The notes: generated from the sequence alone by a model not told the origin. A stretch of DNA of 64,000 bases from an uncultured Acidimicrobiaceae bacterium (GCA_964400035.1 CAYNSP010000001.1:336-64335); one strand, 5' to 3'. Counted from the stretch's first letter, positions 18,946 through 28,567 are shown. Translations and numbers: made by a program.

Positions 18946-20916
18946 CTAGGCGGCGGCGTCGGTCTCTGGGGCGGAGAACTGGCTCCGGTACAGGGCCGCA
19001 TACGCCCCGTCCCTTTCGAGAAGCTCTTCGTGGGTGCCCTGTTCGACGATCCTCCCGTCCTCCATCAGCAGAATTACGTCGGCGTCCCTAATGGTGGAGA
19101 GGCGGTGGGCGATCACGAACGAGGTCCGGTCGGTTCGCAGAGCGGCCATCGCGTGCTGAAGGAGCAGTTCGGTCCTGGTGTCAACCGACGACGTGGCCTC
19201 ATCGAGGATCAGCAACGCCGGATCGGACAGGAAAGCTCGGGCGATGGTGATGAGCTGACGTTCCCCGGCCGAAAGGTTGCTGCCCTCGTCGTCGATGACG
19301 GTGTCGTAGCCATCAGGAAGTGAGTGGACGAAGCGGTCGACGAAGGTGGCCTGCGCGGCCTCCAGGATCTCCTCGAAGCTGGCATCGGGTCTGCCATAGG
19401 CGATGTTGTCCCGGATCGTCCCTTCGAACAGCCAGGTGTCCTGGAGCACCATCCCCGTCTGGCGTCGGAGATCGGCCCGGCTCATCTTCGAAATGTCCAC
19501 CCCGTCGAGGGTTATCCGCCCCGAATCCAACTCATAGAAGCGCATCACCAGGTTGACCAGCGTGGTCTTGCCGGCACCGGTCGGTCCCACGATGGCGACG
19601 GTCTGACCGGGGTGAACCACCAGGTCGAGGTCTTCGATCAACGGGCGGTCGGGTTCGTACCGGAAAGACACCTTCTCGAAGACCACCTCGCCATGGGCCT
19701 CTGGTGCCGGCGGGACCGTGGTCTCGTCGACTGTCTCATTCTCAGCGTCGAGGAACTCGAAGACCCGCTCTGCAGATGCGACCCCGGACTGGAACAGATT
19801 GATCATGGCGGCGAGCTGGGTCAGCGGCTGGGTGAACTGACGCGAGTACTGGATGAAGGCCTGGACACTTCCCAGGCTGAGTGCCCCACTGGCGACCTGG
19901 ACCGCTCCCACCACGGCGGTGATTACATAGACCAGGTTTCCGATGAACATCGTGATCGGCATGATCAGACCGGAGGCGAACTGGGCTCCGAACGACGCCT
20001 TGAAAAGCTCCTCGTTCTCCTCGGCGAAGGTGGTCTCGGCGTCCCGTTGACGTCCGAAGACCTTGACCAGGGTGTGACCGGTGTAGGTCTCCTCGATATG
20101 TGCGTTGAGCCGTCCCGTGCTCCGCCACTGCTGGATGAAGAGTCGTCGACTCCGGCCCATCACCCTGCCGGTCACGAGGACGGTCAGCGGGACCGACACC
20201 AGGGTGATCGCCGCCAACAGCGGGGAGATGATGAACATCATGGAGAGGACTCCGATCACCATGAGGACCGAGATGAACATCTGGCTCATGGTCTGCTGGA
20301 GGGACTGGCCGATGTTGTCGATGTCGTTGGTTGCCCGGCTCAACAGTTCGCCACGCGGTTGACGGTCGAAGTAGCGGAGGGGGAGGCTGTTGATCTTGTC
20401 CTCGACGTCAGAGCGCAGCTTGCGCATGGCGTTCTGGACCACATGGTTGAGCAGGAGACCCTGTAACAACGAGGCGAGGAAAGACCCGAGGTATATGGCC
20501 AGGACGAGGATCAGGACGCCACGCAGGGCACCGAAGTCGACGCCCTGACCCGGGATCAGATCCATCGTCTCGATCATGCTGGCCAGAGTGTCTGAGCCGG
20601 CCCCGCGTAGCCGGGCCACGATCTCGGCCTGGGTCATCCCTGCCGGGAACTGTCTGCCGATGAAACCGGTGAAGATCACGTCGGTCGCCCGTCCCAGGAG
20701 ACGGGGACCAAGAACCGCGAAGAAGACACTTCCCGCGGCAAGAGCCATCACAAGAGTCAGTCGGAATCGATAGGGGAGGAGAAGTCCGAGGAGTCTCTTT
20801 GACGACCGCCGGAAGTTCATTGGCTTCTGGCCCATCATTCCGCCGCCCCCGAACGGGCCACGACCAGCACCGTGCCCGGCGACGATCCGCTCGGTCTCCT
20901 TCATCCGATCGCTCAT
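18946..20916 (-). CDS. ABC transporter, fused permease/ATP-binding subunit (type I exporter), second of a heterodimeric pair.
   Basis: Six-TM exporter region followed by an NBD: Walker A GPTGAGKTT, signature LSAGERQL, Walker B LILDEATS. The start MSDRMKETE overlaps the stop of the upstream ABC gene (ATGA). The Arg-rich leader of the track ORF (to 21324) was rejected. Confidence 0.85.
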   Translation of the reverse strand: MSDRMKETERIVAGHGAGRGPFGGGGMMGQKPMNFRRSSKRLLGLLLPYRFRLTLVMALAAGSVFFAVLGPRLLGRATDVIFTGFIGRQFPAGMTQAEIVARLRGAGSDTLASMIETMDLIPGQGVDFGALRGVLILVLAIYLGSFLASLLQGLLLNHVVQNAMRKLRSDVEDKINSLPLRYFDRQPRGELLSRATNDIDNIGQSLQQTMSQMFISVLMVIGVLSMMFIISPLLAAITLVSVPLTVLVTGRVMGRSRRLFIQQWRSTGRLNAHIEETYTGHTLVKVFGRQRDAETTFAEENEELFKASFGAQFASGLIMPITMFIGNLVYVITAVVGAVQVASGALSLGSVQAFIQYSRQFTQPLTQLAAMINLFQSGVASAERVFEFLDAENETVDETTVPPAPEAHGEVVFEKVSFRYEPDRPLIEDLDLVVHPGQTVAIVGPTGAGKTTLVNLVMRFYELDSGRITLDGVDISKMSRADLRRQTGMVLQDTWLFEGTIRDNIAYGRPDASFEEILEAAQATFVDRFVHSLPDGYDTVIDDEGSNLSAGERQLITIARAFLSDPALLILDEATSSVDTRTELLLQHAMAALRTDRTSFVIAHRLSTIRDADVILLMEDGRIVEQGTHEELLERDGAYAALYRSQFSAPETDAAA

Positions 20917-22646
20917 GCGACTTCCTCGATGCTGATCTGGGATTCGACGATCTCCTGATACGTGGGGCAGGTACCGAGCAGGCTTTCGTGGGTTCCCAAC
21001 CCGACCACACGGCCGTCCTCGATCACCACGATCTGATCCGCGTGTCTGATGGTGGCGACCCGCTGGGCCACGATGATCACGGTGCTGTTCCGCACTTCGG
21101 GAGCGAGGGCCGAGCGCAGACGTGCGTCGGTGGTCACGTCCAGGGCCGAGAAGGCGTCGTCGAAGATGTACACCAGCGGCTTCCGGATGATGGCCCGGGC
21201 TATCGCAAGTCTCTGTCTCTGCCCGCCGGAGAGGTTGGTACCGCCCTGGGCGATCGAGCTGTTCAGACCTTCCTCCATTGCCTCGACGAAATCGCGGGCC
21301 TGGGCGATCTCGAGAGCCCGCCACATCTCGTCTTCGGTAGCGTCGGGGTTTCCGACCTTGAGATTGGAGGCGACCGTTCCGGAGAAGAGATAGGCACGTT
21401 GCGGCACCATTCCGATGGCCGACCAGAGCATGTCGGGATCGAGCTTTCGGATGTCGACGGCATCGAGTTTGACCGCACCTTCGGTTGCGTCGTAGAGGCG
21501 CGGGATGAGTTGGGTGATCGTGGACTTGCCCGATCCGGTTGAGCCGATGATGGCGGTGGTGGTGCCGGGGGTTGCGGTGAAGGAGATTCCGCTGAGCACC
21601 GGTGCCTCTGCCCCGGGGTAGGAGAATCCGACGTCATCGAACGTGACCACACCGCGAATATCGGGGAGTGCTGTTGGTGTCTGCGGGGGAGCCACGGTCG
21701 ACTCGGTCTCCAGGACCTCGTTGATCCGGGTCGCACTCACCGTCGCCCTGGGAACCATGACCAGGGTGAAGGTGGCCATCATCACCGACATCATGATCTG
21801 CATCAGGTAGGTGATGAAGGCGGTGATCGCTCCGACCTGCATCTCGCCAGTGTCGATCCGGGCCCCACCAAACCAGAGCACCGCGACCAGCGACAGGTTC
21901 ATCACAAGGACGACAGTGGGCAGCATTGTTGCCATCCATCTTCCAGTGGTGAGAGCGACGTCGGTCAGATCGTCGTTGGCCCTGGCGAACCTTGCGGCTT
22001 CCCACGGTTCGCGGACAAAGGCCCGGACTACCCGGATACCTGTGATCTGCTCTCGAAGGACGCGGTTCACCTGGTCGATCTTCTCCTGCATCACCCGGAA
22101 CCCGGGAATCATTCGGGAGACGATCAGTCCGACCGAGATCCCGAGGAGGGGCACCATCAGGATCAGGATTCTGGATAGCCCGACATCCTCCCGGACTGCC
22201 ATCAGGATGCCGCCAACCATCATGATCGGGGCGGTCACCATCATCGTGCTTCCGAAATGGACCAGGGTCTGAACCTGCTGGACGTCGTTGCTGGCCCTGG
22301 TGATCAGGGAGGGTGCCCCGAAATGGTTCAGTTCCTTACTGGAGAAGGTCCCCACCTGCTCGAACTGGCGGGCTCGGAGATCCCTACCCAGCGCCATCGA
22401 GGTGCGTGAGGCGAAGTAGACCGCGGTGATGGTGCAGCCGATCTGGACGAGCGCAATCGCCAGCATCACCGCTCCCGTGCGCATGATGTACGAGGTGTCG
22501 CCCTGGGTCACCCCGTTGTCGATGATGTCGGCGTTGAGGCTTGGGAGCAGCAGCGCCGCCATCGCCGAGATGAACTGGAGGACGATTGCGATCAGCAACC
22601 ACTTCCGATAGGGGGCGAGATGGGTCTTGAGGAGGCGGAGCAACAT
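20913..22646 (-). CDS. ABC transporter, fused permease/ATP-binding subunit (type I exporter), first of the pair.
   Basis: TMD plus NBD: Walker A GSTGSGKST, signature LSGGQRQRLAIARA, Walker B IFDDAFSALD. 577 aa. Confidence 0.85.
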   Translation of the reverse strand: MLLRLLKTHLAPYRKWLLIAIVLQFISAMAALLLPSLNADIIDNGVTQGDTSYIMRTGAVMLAIALVQIGCTITAVYFASRTSMALGRDLRARQFEQVGTFSSKELNHFGAPSLITRASNDVQQVQTLVHFGSTMMVTAPIMMVGGILMAVREDVGLSRILILMVPLLGISVGLIVSRMIPGFRVMQEKIDQVNRVLREQITGIRVVRAFVREPWEAARFARANDDLTDVALTTGRWMATMLPTVVLVMNLSLVAVLWFGGARIDTGEMQVGAITAFITYLMQIMMSVMMATFTLVMVPRATVSATRINEVLETESTVAPPQTPTALPDIRGVVTFDDVGFSYPGAEAPVLSGISFTATPGTTTAIIGSTGSGKSTITQLIPRLYDATEGAVKLDAVDIRKLDPDMLWSAIGMVPQRAYLFSGTVASNLKVGNPDATEDEMWRALEIAQARDFVEAMEEGLNSSIAQGGTNLSGGQRQRLAIARAIIRKPLVYIFDDAFSALDVTTDARLRSALAPEVRNSTVIIVAQRVATIRHADQIVVIEDGRVVGLGTHESLLGTCPTYQEIVESQISIEEVA

Positions 22647-23279
22647 CTAGCGGGACCCTCCTGAATAGATCCCGTCGAGGAGGATGCTGGCCAGGGACTC
22701 CGGATCGGGGCGACCTGTCGGCGCCATCACAGGATGAGCGAATCCGAAGACGAGGGCGTGAAGCGCCGTGGCGGCCACGTCGCTTGGGACACCCAGCTCG
22801 TCGCGATGTGGATCGAAAACCAACCGGGCAATTGTCTCGCGCATTGCCTGGCTGGCATTGGTGAGGACGTCCTGGGTGCTGGCAGAGTGCTCGCCGTGGC
22901 CCTGAACCCCGGAATGCTCGGCGATCGATGCCCGCAGTGAGTGCATCACCACGATCATCCGCGAGGTTCGCTCCAGCAGGTATTTGATTGTGATGATGAG
23001 TCGGGAGCGGAGATCGACCGCAGGTTCGAGGGAGGTGCGGAGCTGTTCTGCAGCCACGGAGGGATCCACCACCGACTCGGCTACCGCGAAGAAGAGGGAT
23101 GGCTTGTCGGGGAAGACCCTGAAGATGGTCCCTTCGGCGATACCGGCGGCCTCGGCGATCTGGCGGGTCGTGATCGGACCACCTTCCGGATCGAGCAGGG
23201 GGACGACTGCCTCGATGATTGCGCGTCGTCGATCTTCAGGAGATAGGGGTTTGGCGCGTCCGCGCGCTTCGGTCACCAC
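22647..23279 (-). CDS. TetR/AcrR family transcriptional regulator.
   Basis: N-terminal HTH ITTRQIAEAAGIAEGTIFRVFPDK. About 210 aa. Sits immediately upstream of the ABC exporter pair on the same strand. Confidence 0.8.
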   Translation of the reverse strand: MVTEARGRAKPLSPEDRRRAIIEAVVPLLDPEGGPITTRQIAEAAGIAEGTIFRVFPDKPSLFFAVAESVVDPSVAAEQLRTSLEPAVDLRSRLIITIKYLLERTSRMIVVMHSLRASIAEHSGVQGHGEHSASTQDVLTNASQAMRETIARLVFDPHRDELGVPSDVAATALHALVFGFAHPVMAPTGRPDPESLASILLDGIYSGGSR

Positions 23280-23292
23280 GCCGCCAGTCTAA

Positions 23293-23312
23293 GTGAGTGA
23301 GCGCTCACTCAC
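23293..23312. promoter_or_regulatory. 20-bp perfect palindrome GTGAGTGAGC|GCTCACTCAC, the candidate TetR operator in the tetR promoter region.
   Basis: Read directly. Lies 14 nt upstream of the tetR start and just downstream of the stop of the SLT-domain gene. Confidence 0.5.
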
Positions 23313-23321
23313 AAATGGTGG

Positions 23322-23942
23322 TTATCCCTGGCAGAACAGATCCCAACCGCCACCCTCGTAGACCTCCCAGGCGGCGGCGGCAACTGCGGCTTCGGGATTG
23401 GTCGGGCTGGCCCCGGCGAACCCGGCGTTGGCCGCCCGTTCCTCCCAGTAGCGCGGGAGGTGCTGGAAGAGTCCCACCCCGCCGGTGCGGAGATTGGTGG
23501 CTTCGGGGTCGAACCGGGACTCACACCAGGCGACACGGATCGCCCGGTTGACGTCTGCCGGTTTGAAATACAGCTTCACCAGCGCCCGGACCTGGACCTC
23601 GGACAACCACCCGGCGCCCGTGGCGATGGTCCCCAAACCGTCGGGACTCGAGGTCGGAGTCTGGTTAGGGCTGGTGTCGGCAGCGGTCGTCGGTGTTGTT
23701 TCCTGACCTGTGGGGGGTGGGGCACTCTCAACCCGAAGTGGGCCGGTCACCAGGCTTGCGGGCTGGGCGAAGGCGACACCGGCGAATGCTCCCGAGGCGT
23801 GCCCGGTGGAGAGACGGGCGGCCTCGCTCTGGACCTGCTGGGAGTCGGGCCGGCCAAGATTGCCGAACGCGGCAAAGCCAGCCAGTGCCAGGAGAGCAAC
23901 GGCTACCCATCCGGCGAGGAATGAGAAACGCTTGCGACGCAT
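23322..23942 (-). CDS. Secreted/membrane-anchored lytic transglycosylase (SLT-domain) protein.
   Basis: N-terminal TM/signal. Pro/Thr linker. C-terminal SLT motif AWCESRFDPEATNLRTGGVGLFQHLPRYW (catalytic Glu in the ES context). Confidence 0.65.
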   Translation of the reverse strand: MRRKRFSFLAGWVAVALLALAGFAAFGNLGRPDSQQVQSEAARLSTGHASGAFAGVAFAQPASLVTGPLRVESAPPPTGQETTPTTAADTSPNQTPTSSPDGLGTIATGAGWLSEVQVRALVKLYFKPADVNRAIRVAWCESRFDPEATNLRTGGVGLFQHLPRYWEERAANAGFAGASPTNPEAAVAAAAWEVYEGGGWDLFCQG

Positions 23943-24005
23943 GTGACTCCAATGACGGGGGTTATGCCCCGCGCCCGACCTGAAATCCTACTGAAACGGG
24001 TCGTT

Positions 24006-25103
24006 CTATGTCGAGGGGAGACGCTCGAGGACCCACTGCCAATGGGGTTTCGACGGATCGAGCAGGTCGTAGTGATGATCACCGGATTCGAGCAATTCGA
24101 AACCACGACGCTCGACCAGCCCGGCCGAGTGGGCGAAGGGAACGACGGCATCGCCGGGCCCATGGGCCAGGATTGTCCTGACCGGGCCGGGATCGGCCTG
24201 AGCCGGTGCGCCGGAGTCGAGGAACAGTTGTGATTCGGTGATCAATTCACCCGGGTTGGACGCTCCGTGGTCGAGGTCGACGATCGGGGCTAGGGCGGCG
24301 ATCAGGTCAATCGGGCTCCGGCTCCTGGGGGCGGCCCACAACCCGAGATAGCCGCCGGCGGAATGCCCGACCACCGTGGTGGTTCTGAATTGTCGCCCGA
24401 GCTGGGGGATGAAGTCGAGGGCGGTGAGGACATCATGACCGCAGGCGGGCCATCCCCCACCCTTCCCCAATCGGCGATATTCGATGTTCCAGGTCGTGTG
24501 GCCTCTGAGATGGAGGTCGACGGCCAGAGATTCGATGGTGTCGCGTTCGAACTGATGCCGCCAGACACCGCCGTGGATGAAGACCACCAGCGACTCTCCG
24601 CCGGCGCGTAGGTCACCCACATTGTCCGGATGGGGCCCGTAGCTCACGGTTTCAAAGGGAGCGGCCCACCTGTTGACCAGATGCCTGAACGCCGCCCGGT
24701 AACCGCCGGCCCCACGCCCGTAGTAGGTGGCCACACAGGCATCCGAGATCACCGATGTGCTTCGCCATGGCTCCCGCTCGTGCATGTTCGAAAGGTGAAC
24801 CTCGATGGTGGGGATTCCGATGGCCCGGATCGCGTCGGCGAGGGCGTGTGATGTATGCGTCAGCGCGCCCGGGTTGATCACGATCCCATCGACGTCGGCG
24901 GCATGGACGGCGTCGATCAGGTCCCCTTCATGGTTCGATTGGACGCATGAGACTTCAAGACCGATCCGCCCGCCGAACTCGACCAGCATCCGTTCAAGAT
25001 CGGCGAGGGTCCCGTTTCCGTATACCTCCGGTTGTCTGGTTCCCAGTCGATCGAGGTTGGGCCCACTGACCACCAGGACCCGGCGGTCCGGCTCAGCGGG
25101 CAT
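24006..25103 (-). CDS. Fusion protein: type II 3-dehydroquinate dehydratase (AroQ) N-terminal domain plus C-terminal alpha/beta hydrolase (esterase/arylformamidase-like).
   Basis: AroQ motifs VVSGPNLDRLGTRQPEVYG, INPGALTHTSHALADAI and EVHLSNMHEREPWRSTSV in residues 1-145. Then HGGVW and the nucleophile elbow GHSAGG with downstream Asp/His of an alpha/beta hydrolase. A single uninterrupted 365-aa ORF. Confidence 0.7.
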   Translation of the reverse strand: MPAEPDRRVLVVSGPNLDRLGTRQPEVYGNGTLADLERMLVEFGGRIGLEVSCVQSNHEGDLIDAVHAADVDGIVINPGALTHTSHALADAIRAIGIPTIEVHLSNMHEREPWRSTSVISDACVATYYGRGAGGYRAAFRHLVNRWAAPFETVSYGPHPDNVGDLRAGGESLVVFIHGGVWRHQFERDTIESLAVDLHLRGHTTWNIEYRRLGKGGGWPACGHDVLTALDFIPQLGRQFRTTTVVGHSAGGYLGLWAAPRSRSPIDLIAALAPIVDLDHGASNPGELITESQLFLDSGAPAQADPGPVRTILAHGPGDAVVPFAHSAGLVERRGFELLESGDHHYDLLDPSKPHWQWVLERLPST

Positions 25104-25211
25104 GATTAGTCCACGTATTCGCGCACATTCGGGGGAGAATGTAGGGGTAGGCGGGCGCCGAAGGGAACCCGGAGCCGGTTCGGTCTCGTCAATATCCGAG
25201 GGAAACCATCA

Positions 25212-25982
25212 ATGACCAGTCGAAGAACCGTTCTAACAACGCTGCTGGCCGTCGTCGTGACGGCATGCGGCGGCGCGCCGCTGGCGTCGGTTGGGAACCG
25301 CAGCTCGGAGTGGATCAACGAACCCAAGGTGACCACCACGATGCGACCCAATGTCGAGGCGCCGCGGTTCTCCGAATCAAAGGATCTTCAATGGTTCAAC
25401 GACGACATCGAGAGTGCCAGTCTGGTTAGCGGTTCTGATCGGGACGCGGTGATCGCCGAGGTCTTCGGTCGTCGTGAAGGTGACCGCTTCGTCCAGGCGA
25501 GTCGCTACGAGATCGTGGCGGTAGTGCCCGAGGTCGAGTTCCCGCTCAAGGTGCCATACGGTGCCGAGTGGGTGTCCTCACAGCTTGTGGTCGAATCCAA
25601 CGGGAGGCTCTCGGGTGAACCTGTCGTCGCATTCGGGGTGTGGTCGGCGGTCCCGTACACCAGGTCGAGGTCAGTGGCGCAGATGGTCATCCTCACCGTG
25701 TCCAACGATCCGGTCGCCGCAGAGGAACTTTCCCGGCCGGAGTCGACAGCAACCTGCGGACGTTTCGCCGAGAACGAGACTGATGAGTGCGTCATCCTTC
25801 GGATCGACGGTAAGGACGTGTGGAAGCTGATCTCGTCGGGTGGCAACACTCTGATCTGGTTCTCGGGTGTGTTCAGATACGAGTTGTTCGGCAGGGCCTT
25901 CGTCCCCGTCGAAGTCCTCGAGGAAATGGTTGCCGAATTCACCCCGTTGACCGAGCAGATCGAACCATCCGCCGGGGCGTGA
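25212..25982 (+). CDS. Lipoprotein of unknown function.
   Basis: Signal with lipobox VVTAC|GG. No recognisable domain. Coding-like composition. Confidence 0.5.
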   Translation: MTSRRTVLTTLLAVVVTACGGAPLASVGNRSSEWINEPKVTTTMRPNVEAPRFSESKDLQWFNDDIESASLVSGSDRDAVIAEVFGRREGDRFVQASRYEIVAVVPEVEFPLKVPYGAEWVSSQLVVESNGRLSGEPVVAFGVWSAVPYTRSRSVAQMVILTVSNDPVAAEELSRPESTATCGRFAENETDECVILRIDGKDVWKLISSGGNTLIWFSGVFRYELFGRAFVPVEVLEEMVAEFTPLTEQIEPSAGA

Positions 25983-25984
25983 AC

Positions 25985-26359
25985 TCAGCGCATCAAATTC
26001 TCGAAGACCAGCTTTGAAGTGGGTGCCAGGAGGAGCACCTGTCCATCGTGGGCCATCCACAGATGAGGACCCGCCTTCAACCATGTTCCGGCAGGAAAAG
26101 CATCGAGGGCGGCCTGCTTGCGTGAGGACGGTGGCCGGTAGGCAAGGACCTGAGGGGTCGGGGCACCGAGGGCATCGATCGGTCCGATCAGGTCGTAGCT
26201 ACCGAATACGGCAGCTATTCCCTCATCGGGGTCGATCGGACCCTCCTGGGAGAACCAGGTGACCTCCGCACATCCAACGCATGCGCTCACTGCAACGCGG
26301 CCGACCTTTACCGGCCGATGATCGCACACACTCTGTGGCAGTCCGTACATGTTCCCCAA
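25985..26359 (-). CDS. Hypothetical small Cys-containing protein.
   Basis: The ORF fills an otherwise empty interval. Has C-x-x-C (SACVGCAEV). No family recognised. Confidence 0.3.
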   Translation of the reverse strand: MGNMYGLPQSVCDHRPVKVGRVAVSACVGCAEVTWFSQEGPIDPDEGIAAVFGSYDLIGPIDALGAPTPQVLAYRPPSSRKQAALDAFPAGTWLKAGPHLWMAHDGQVLLLAPTSKLVFENLMR

Positions 26360-26463
26360 GTTACGAACCGGGTGTGACAGATTCTGAAACAGCCGCTGAT
26401 CAGACAGCCGGCGATGATTTCGCCGTCCCGGGCTGACTCCAGCCGGTCCCGAAGTTTGGGACT

Positions 26464-26988
26464 TTGGTCCGTTGGAAAAGCTTCAACTGGTTGCCACGAT
26501 GGGGTTCAGACGTCCCGGAGGTGCCAGTGGAGCAGATCACCAAAGAAGAAGCCAAGCTCATCCTCACGAACGCACCGGTCGCCCATCTCGGTGTGGTAAT
26601 CGACGACGCGCCCTACGTGACGCCCATGTCCTTCGTCTTCGACGGCGACCGAATCCTCTTCCGGACGATGGCCGGACGAAAGCTGGAGGCGATGCGGGCC
26701 AACCCGTCGGTCTGCGTCGAGGTTGCCCGGTATGACGAGACCACCGGCGATTGGGTGAGCGTGATCATCACAGGCCAGGCGAAGGAAGTCGACGATGAGG
26801 AGCTCGGAGCGAAAGCCGTCGACATGCTGCTCGAAAAGTACAGGTCGGTGCTCGGATCCCCCCTGAGTCGGGGCGGGATACAACCCATCATCGGGCTGCC
26901 CCACGTGGTCGAGATCCTGATCGACGACATCACAGGAATGGCATCTGGCCGCGGTTGGGGTCATCGAACCAAACCGGGACGGTTGTAG
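26464..26988 (+). CDS. Pyridoxamine 5'-phosphate oxidase (PPOX)-family protein, putative F420/FMN-binding split barrel.
   Basis: EEAKLILTNAPVAHLGVVIDDAPYVTPMSFVFDGDRILFRTMAGRKLEAMRANPSVCVEV is the typical PPOX class pattern. The start could be the GTG near 26521. Confidence 0.65.
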   Translation: MVRWKSFNWLPRWGSDVPEVPVEQITKEEAKLILTNAPVAHLGVVIDDAPYVTPMSFVFDGDRILFRTMAGRKLEAMRANPSVCVEVARYDETTGDWVSVIITGQAKEVDDEELGAKAVDMLLEKYRSVLGSPLSRGGIQPIIGLPHVVEILIDDITGMASGRGWGHRTKPGRL

Positions 26989-27441
26989 GTGTTCGTCCAC
27001 TACTCGACCACTGTGAACATGGATCTCGGCGAGGTCGAACGACGTCTCGATGACCTCCGTGCCCATCTCGAGGAGTGGGCCGACATCGCCTACCGGGCCG
27101 GAGAGGAGATGAAGGCGCGTGTCGGACCGTCTGGTGGGGTGGCGAAATCGGTCAACCTCCATCTCGGACGCCCTGAGATCCACCGACGCGGCGTGGTCTA
27201 TCCGGTCCGCTGGTCTGCCAACGGTGCCGGTGCTTTGTTCCCTGACCTCCGGGCCGAGCTGGTCCTGTCCACTCTCGGCAACGATCAGACCAGTCTCACC
27301 CTCGACGGCACCTACGAACCGCCACTGGGTGCCATGGGACGACTCCTCGACCGCGTGGTGATGGGTCGGGTAGCCGAAGCGACCGTTCGCAACTGGGTGG
27401 ATCGTATGGCAATGGCGATCAGCGAGTCTTCGGAAGTCTGA
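26989..27441 (+). CDS. Hypothetical protein, possibly SRPBCC-like.
   Basis: 150-aa ORF starting at a GTG directly after the PPOX stop. No confident motif. Confidence 0.35.
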   Translation: MFVHYSTTVNMDLGEVERRLDDLRAHLEEWADIAYRAGEEMKARVGPSGGVAKSVNLHLGRPEIHRRGVVYPVRWSANGAGALFPDLRAELVLSTLGNDQTSLTLDGTYEPPLGAMGRLLDRVVMGRVAEATVRNWVDRMAMAISESSEV

Positions 27442-28534
27442 CCCGGATCCGGGTCCCCTCACCGGGTTGGCTCTCCAGTTCCAGTTCGCCTCCGAGCGCA
27501 CGGGTACGCGCCTTCATGTTGGCGAGTCCCATTCCCCGGCTGCTCTTCTCCATATCGAACCCGACCCCATCGTCGACCACCTCGAGGACGTCCTCGGCAG
27601 GGCTGACACTGAGGACCACGTCGACATTCCTTGCCCGGGAGTGTCTCAGGGCGTTCGACAGCGCCTCCGATGCCAGCATCAGGAGGTCCTCATCGGTCTT
27701 GCTGGCTCCGGCACCGACATCATCGATGGTTAGCCTGACCTTTGCCGGATAGGCCGACCCCATCCGGGATACCAACTCCTGGAGTCGGTCTCCGAGTGGC
27801 AGGGCGGTCACCGGGTTCTTCTTCAGCTCGAAGATGTAATCGCGGAGGGCGTTCACCGAGTAGTCGAGACGGTCTACCGAATCGTTGAGCAGGGTGGCAG
27901 CGTCCTCGTCGGGCATACGGGTGGCCAGGGTCTGGAGGCCGAGACCCACGGCGAAGAGGTCCTGGATCACTGAGTCGTGGAGGTCACGTGCGATCCTCTG
28001 GCGTTCTTCGAGGATCGCCACATTGCGGAGCCGACTCTGAAGACGGGCGGTGAGCACCGCAGCGCCTGCGATCCGGCTCAATGCCTCCACCAGCACCACA
28101 TCGTCATCAGTGAATCCACCCTCCTTGTCAGTCAGGTAGAGGTTTCCGAACTTCTGGTCGCCGACTGCCACGGGGACTCCCAGGAAGCTGACCATGGTCG
28201 GATGACCGGGTGGGAAACCCACTGAATCAGGGTGATCTGAAATGTTGTCGAGGACGATGGTGGCGTTCTCCCGGACCACAGTTCCCAGGACACCCCGGCC
28301 GGTGGGGAGATGGCCGATGATCGCCGCACGGGACTCGTCGACACCCTCGTAAATGAAATCGGAGAGGACCCCGTGGGGTCCGAGTACCCCCAATGCGGCG
28401 AAGGGGGCACCGGTGGTCGCCCTGGCCTCGGTGACCAGACGTCGGAGCAGATTGTCCCGATCGGTCTCGCCGACGACGGCGGCAGCGGCGCTGATCAGGC
28501 TGCCAAGTCTGTTGATCGCCGGAGTGTCGGACAT
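27419..28534 (-). CDS. Cytoplasmic GAF-domain sensor histidine kinase (HisKA_3/NarL-partner type).
   Basis: GAF region (FAALGVLGPHGVLSDFIYEGV...FLGVPV). H-box ARDLHDSVIQDLFAV. HATPase_c G-boxes (DDGVGF, GMGLANM...GGELELESQPGEGTRIRV). No TM segment. The track ORF to 28603 would overlap the regulator start, so I prefer the internal ATG (MSDTPAINRL). Confidence 0.75.
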   Translation of the reverse strand: MSDTPAINRLGSLISAAAAVVGETDRDNLLRRLVTEARATTGAPFAALGVLGPHGVLSDFIYEGVDESRAAIIGHLPTGRGVLGTVVRENATIVLDNISDHPDSVGFPPGHPTMVSFLGVPVAVGDQKFGNLYLTDKEGGFTDDDVVLVEALSRIAGAAVLTARLQSRLRNVAILEERQRIARDLHDSVIQDLFAVGLGLQTLATRMPDEDAATLLNDSVDRLDYSVNALRDYIFELKKNPVTALPLGDRLQELVSRMGSAYPAKVRLTIDDVGAGASKTDEDLLMLASEALSNALRHSRARNVDVVLSVSPAEDVLEVVDDGVGFDMEKSSRGMGLANMKARTRALGGELELESQPGEGTRIRVRLPKTR

Positions 28535-28567
28535 GCCCGCGACGTTACCGGCCACTACCGTGGCGTC

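Noticed and set aside
16383-19001. Three long minus-strand ORFs (286, 265 and 307 aa) antisense to dnaE2.
   Set aside because: DnaE2 motifs on the plus strand are unambiguous. The antisense translations are Gly/Arg/Asp/His-rich with no domains.
19324-20466. 380-aa plus-strand ORF antisense to the ABC exporter gene.
   Set aside because: The ABC Walker and signature motifs validate the minus-strand frame. The antisense product is compositionally aberrant (Asp/Glu/Gly/His-rich).
26506-27501. 331-aa minus-strand ORF overlapping the PPOX and following hypothetical genes.
   Set aside because: No recognisable motif. The plus-strand PPOX signature is clear. It would also overlap the histidine kinase gene.
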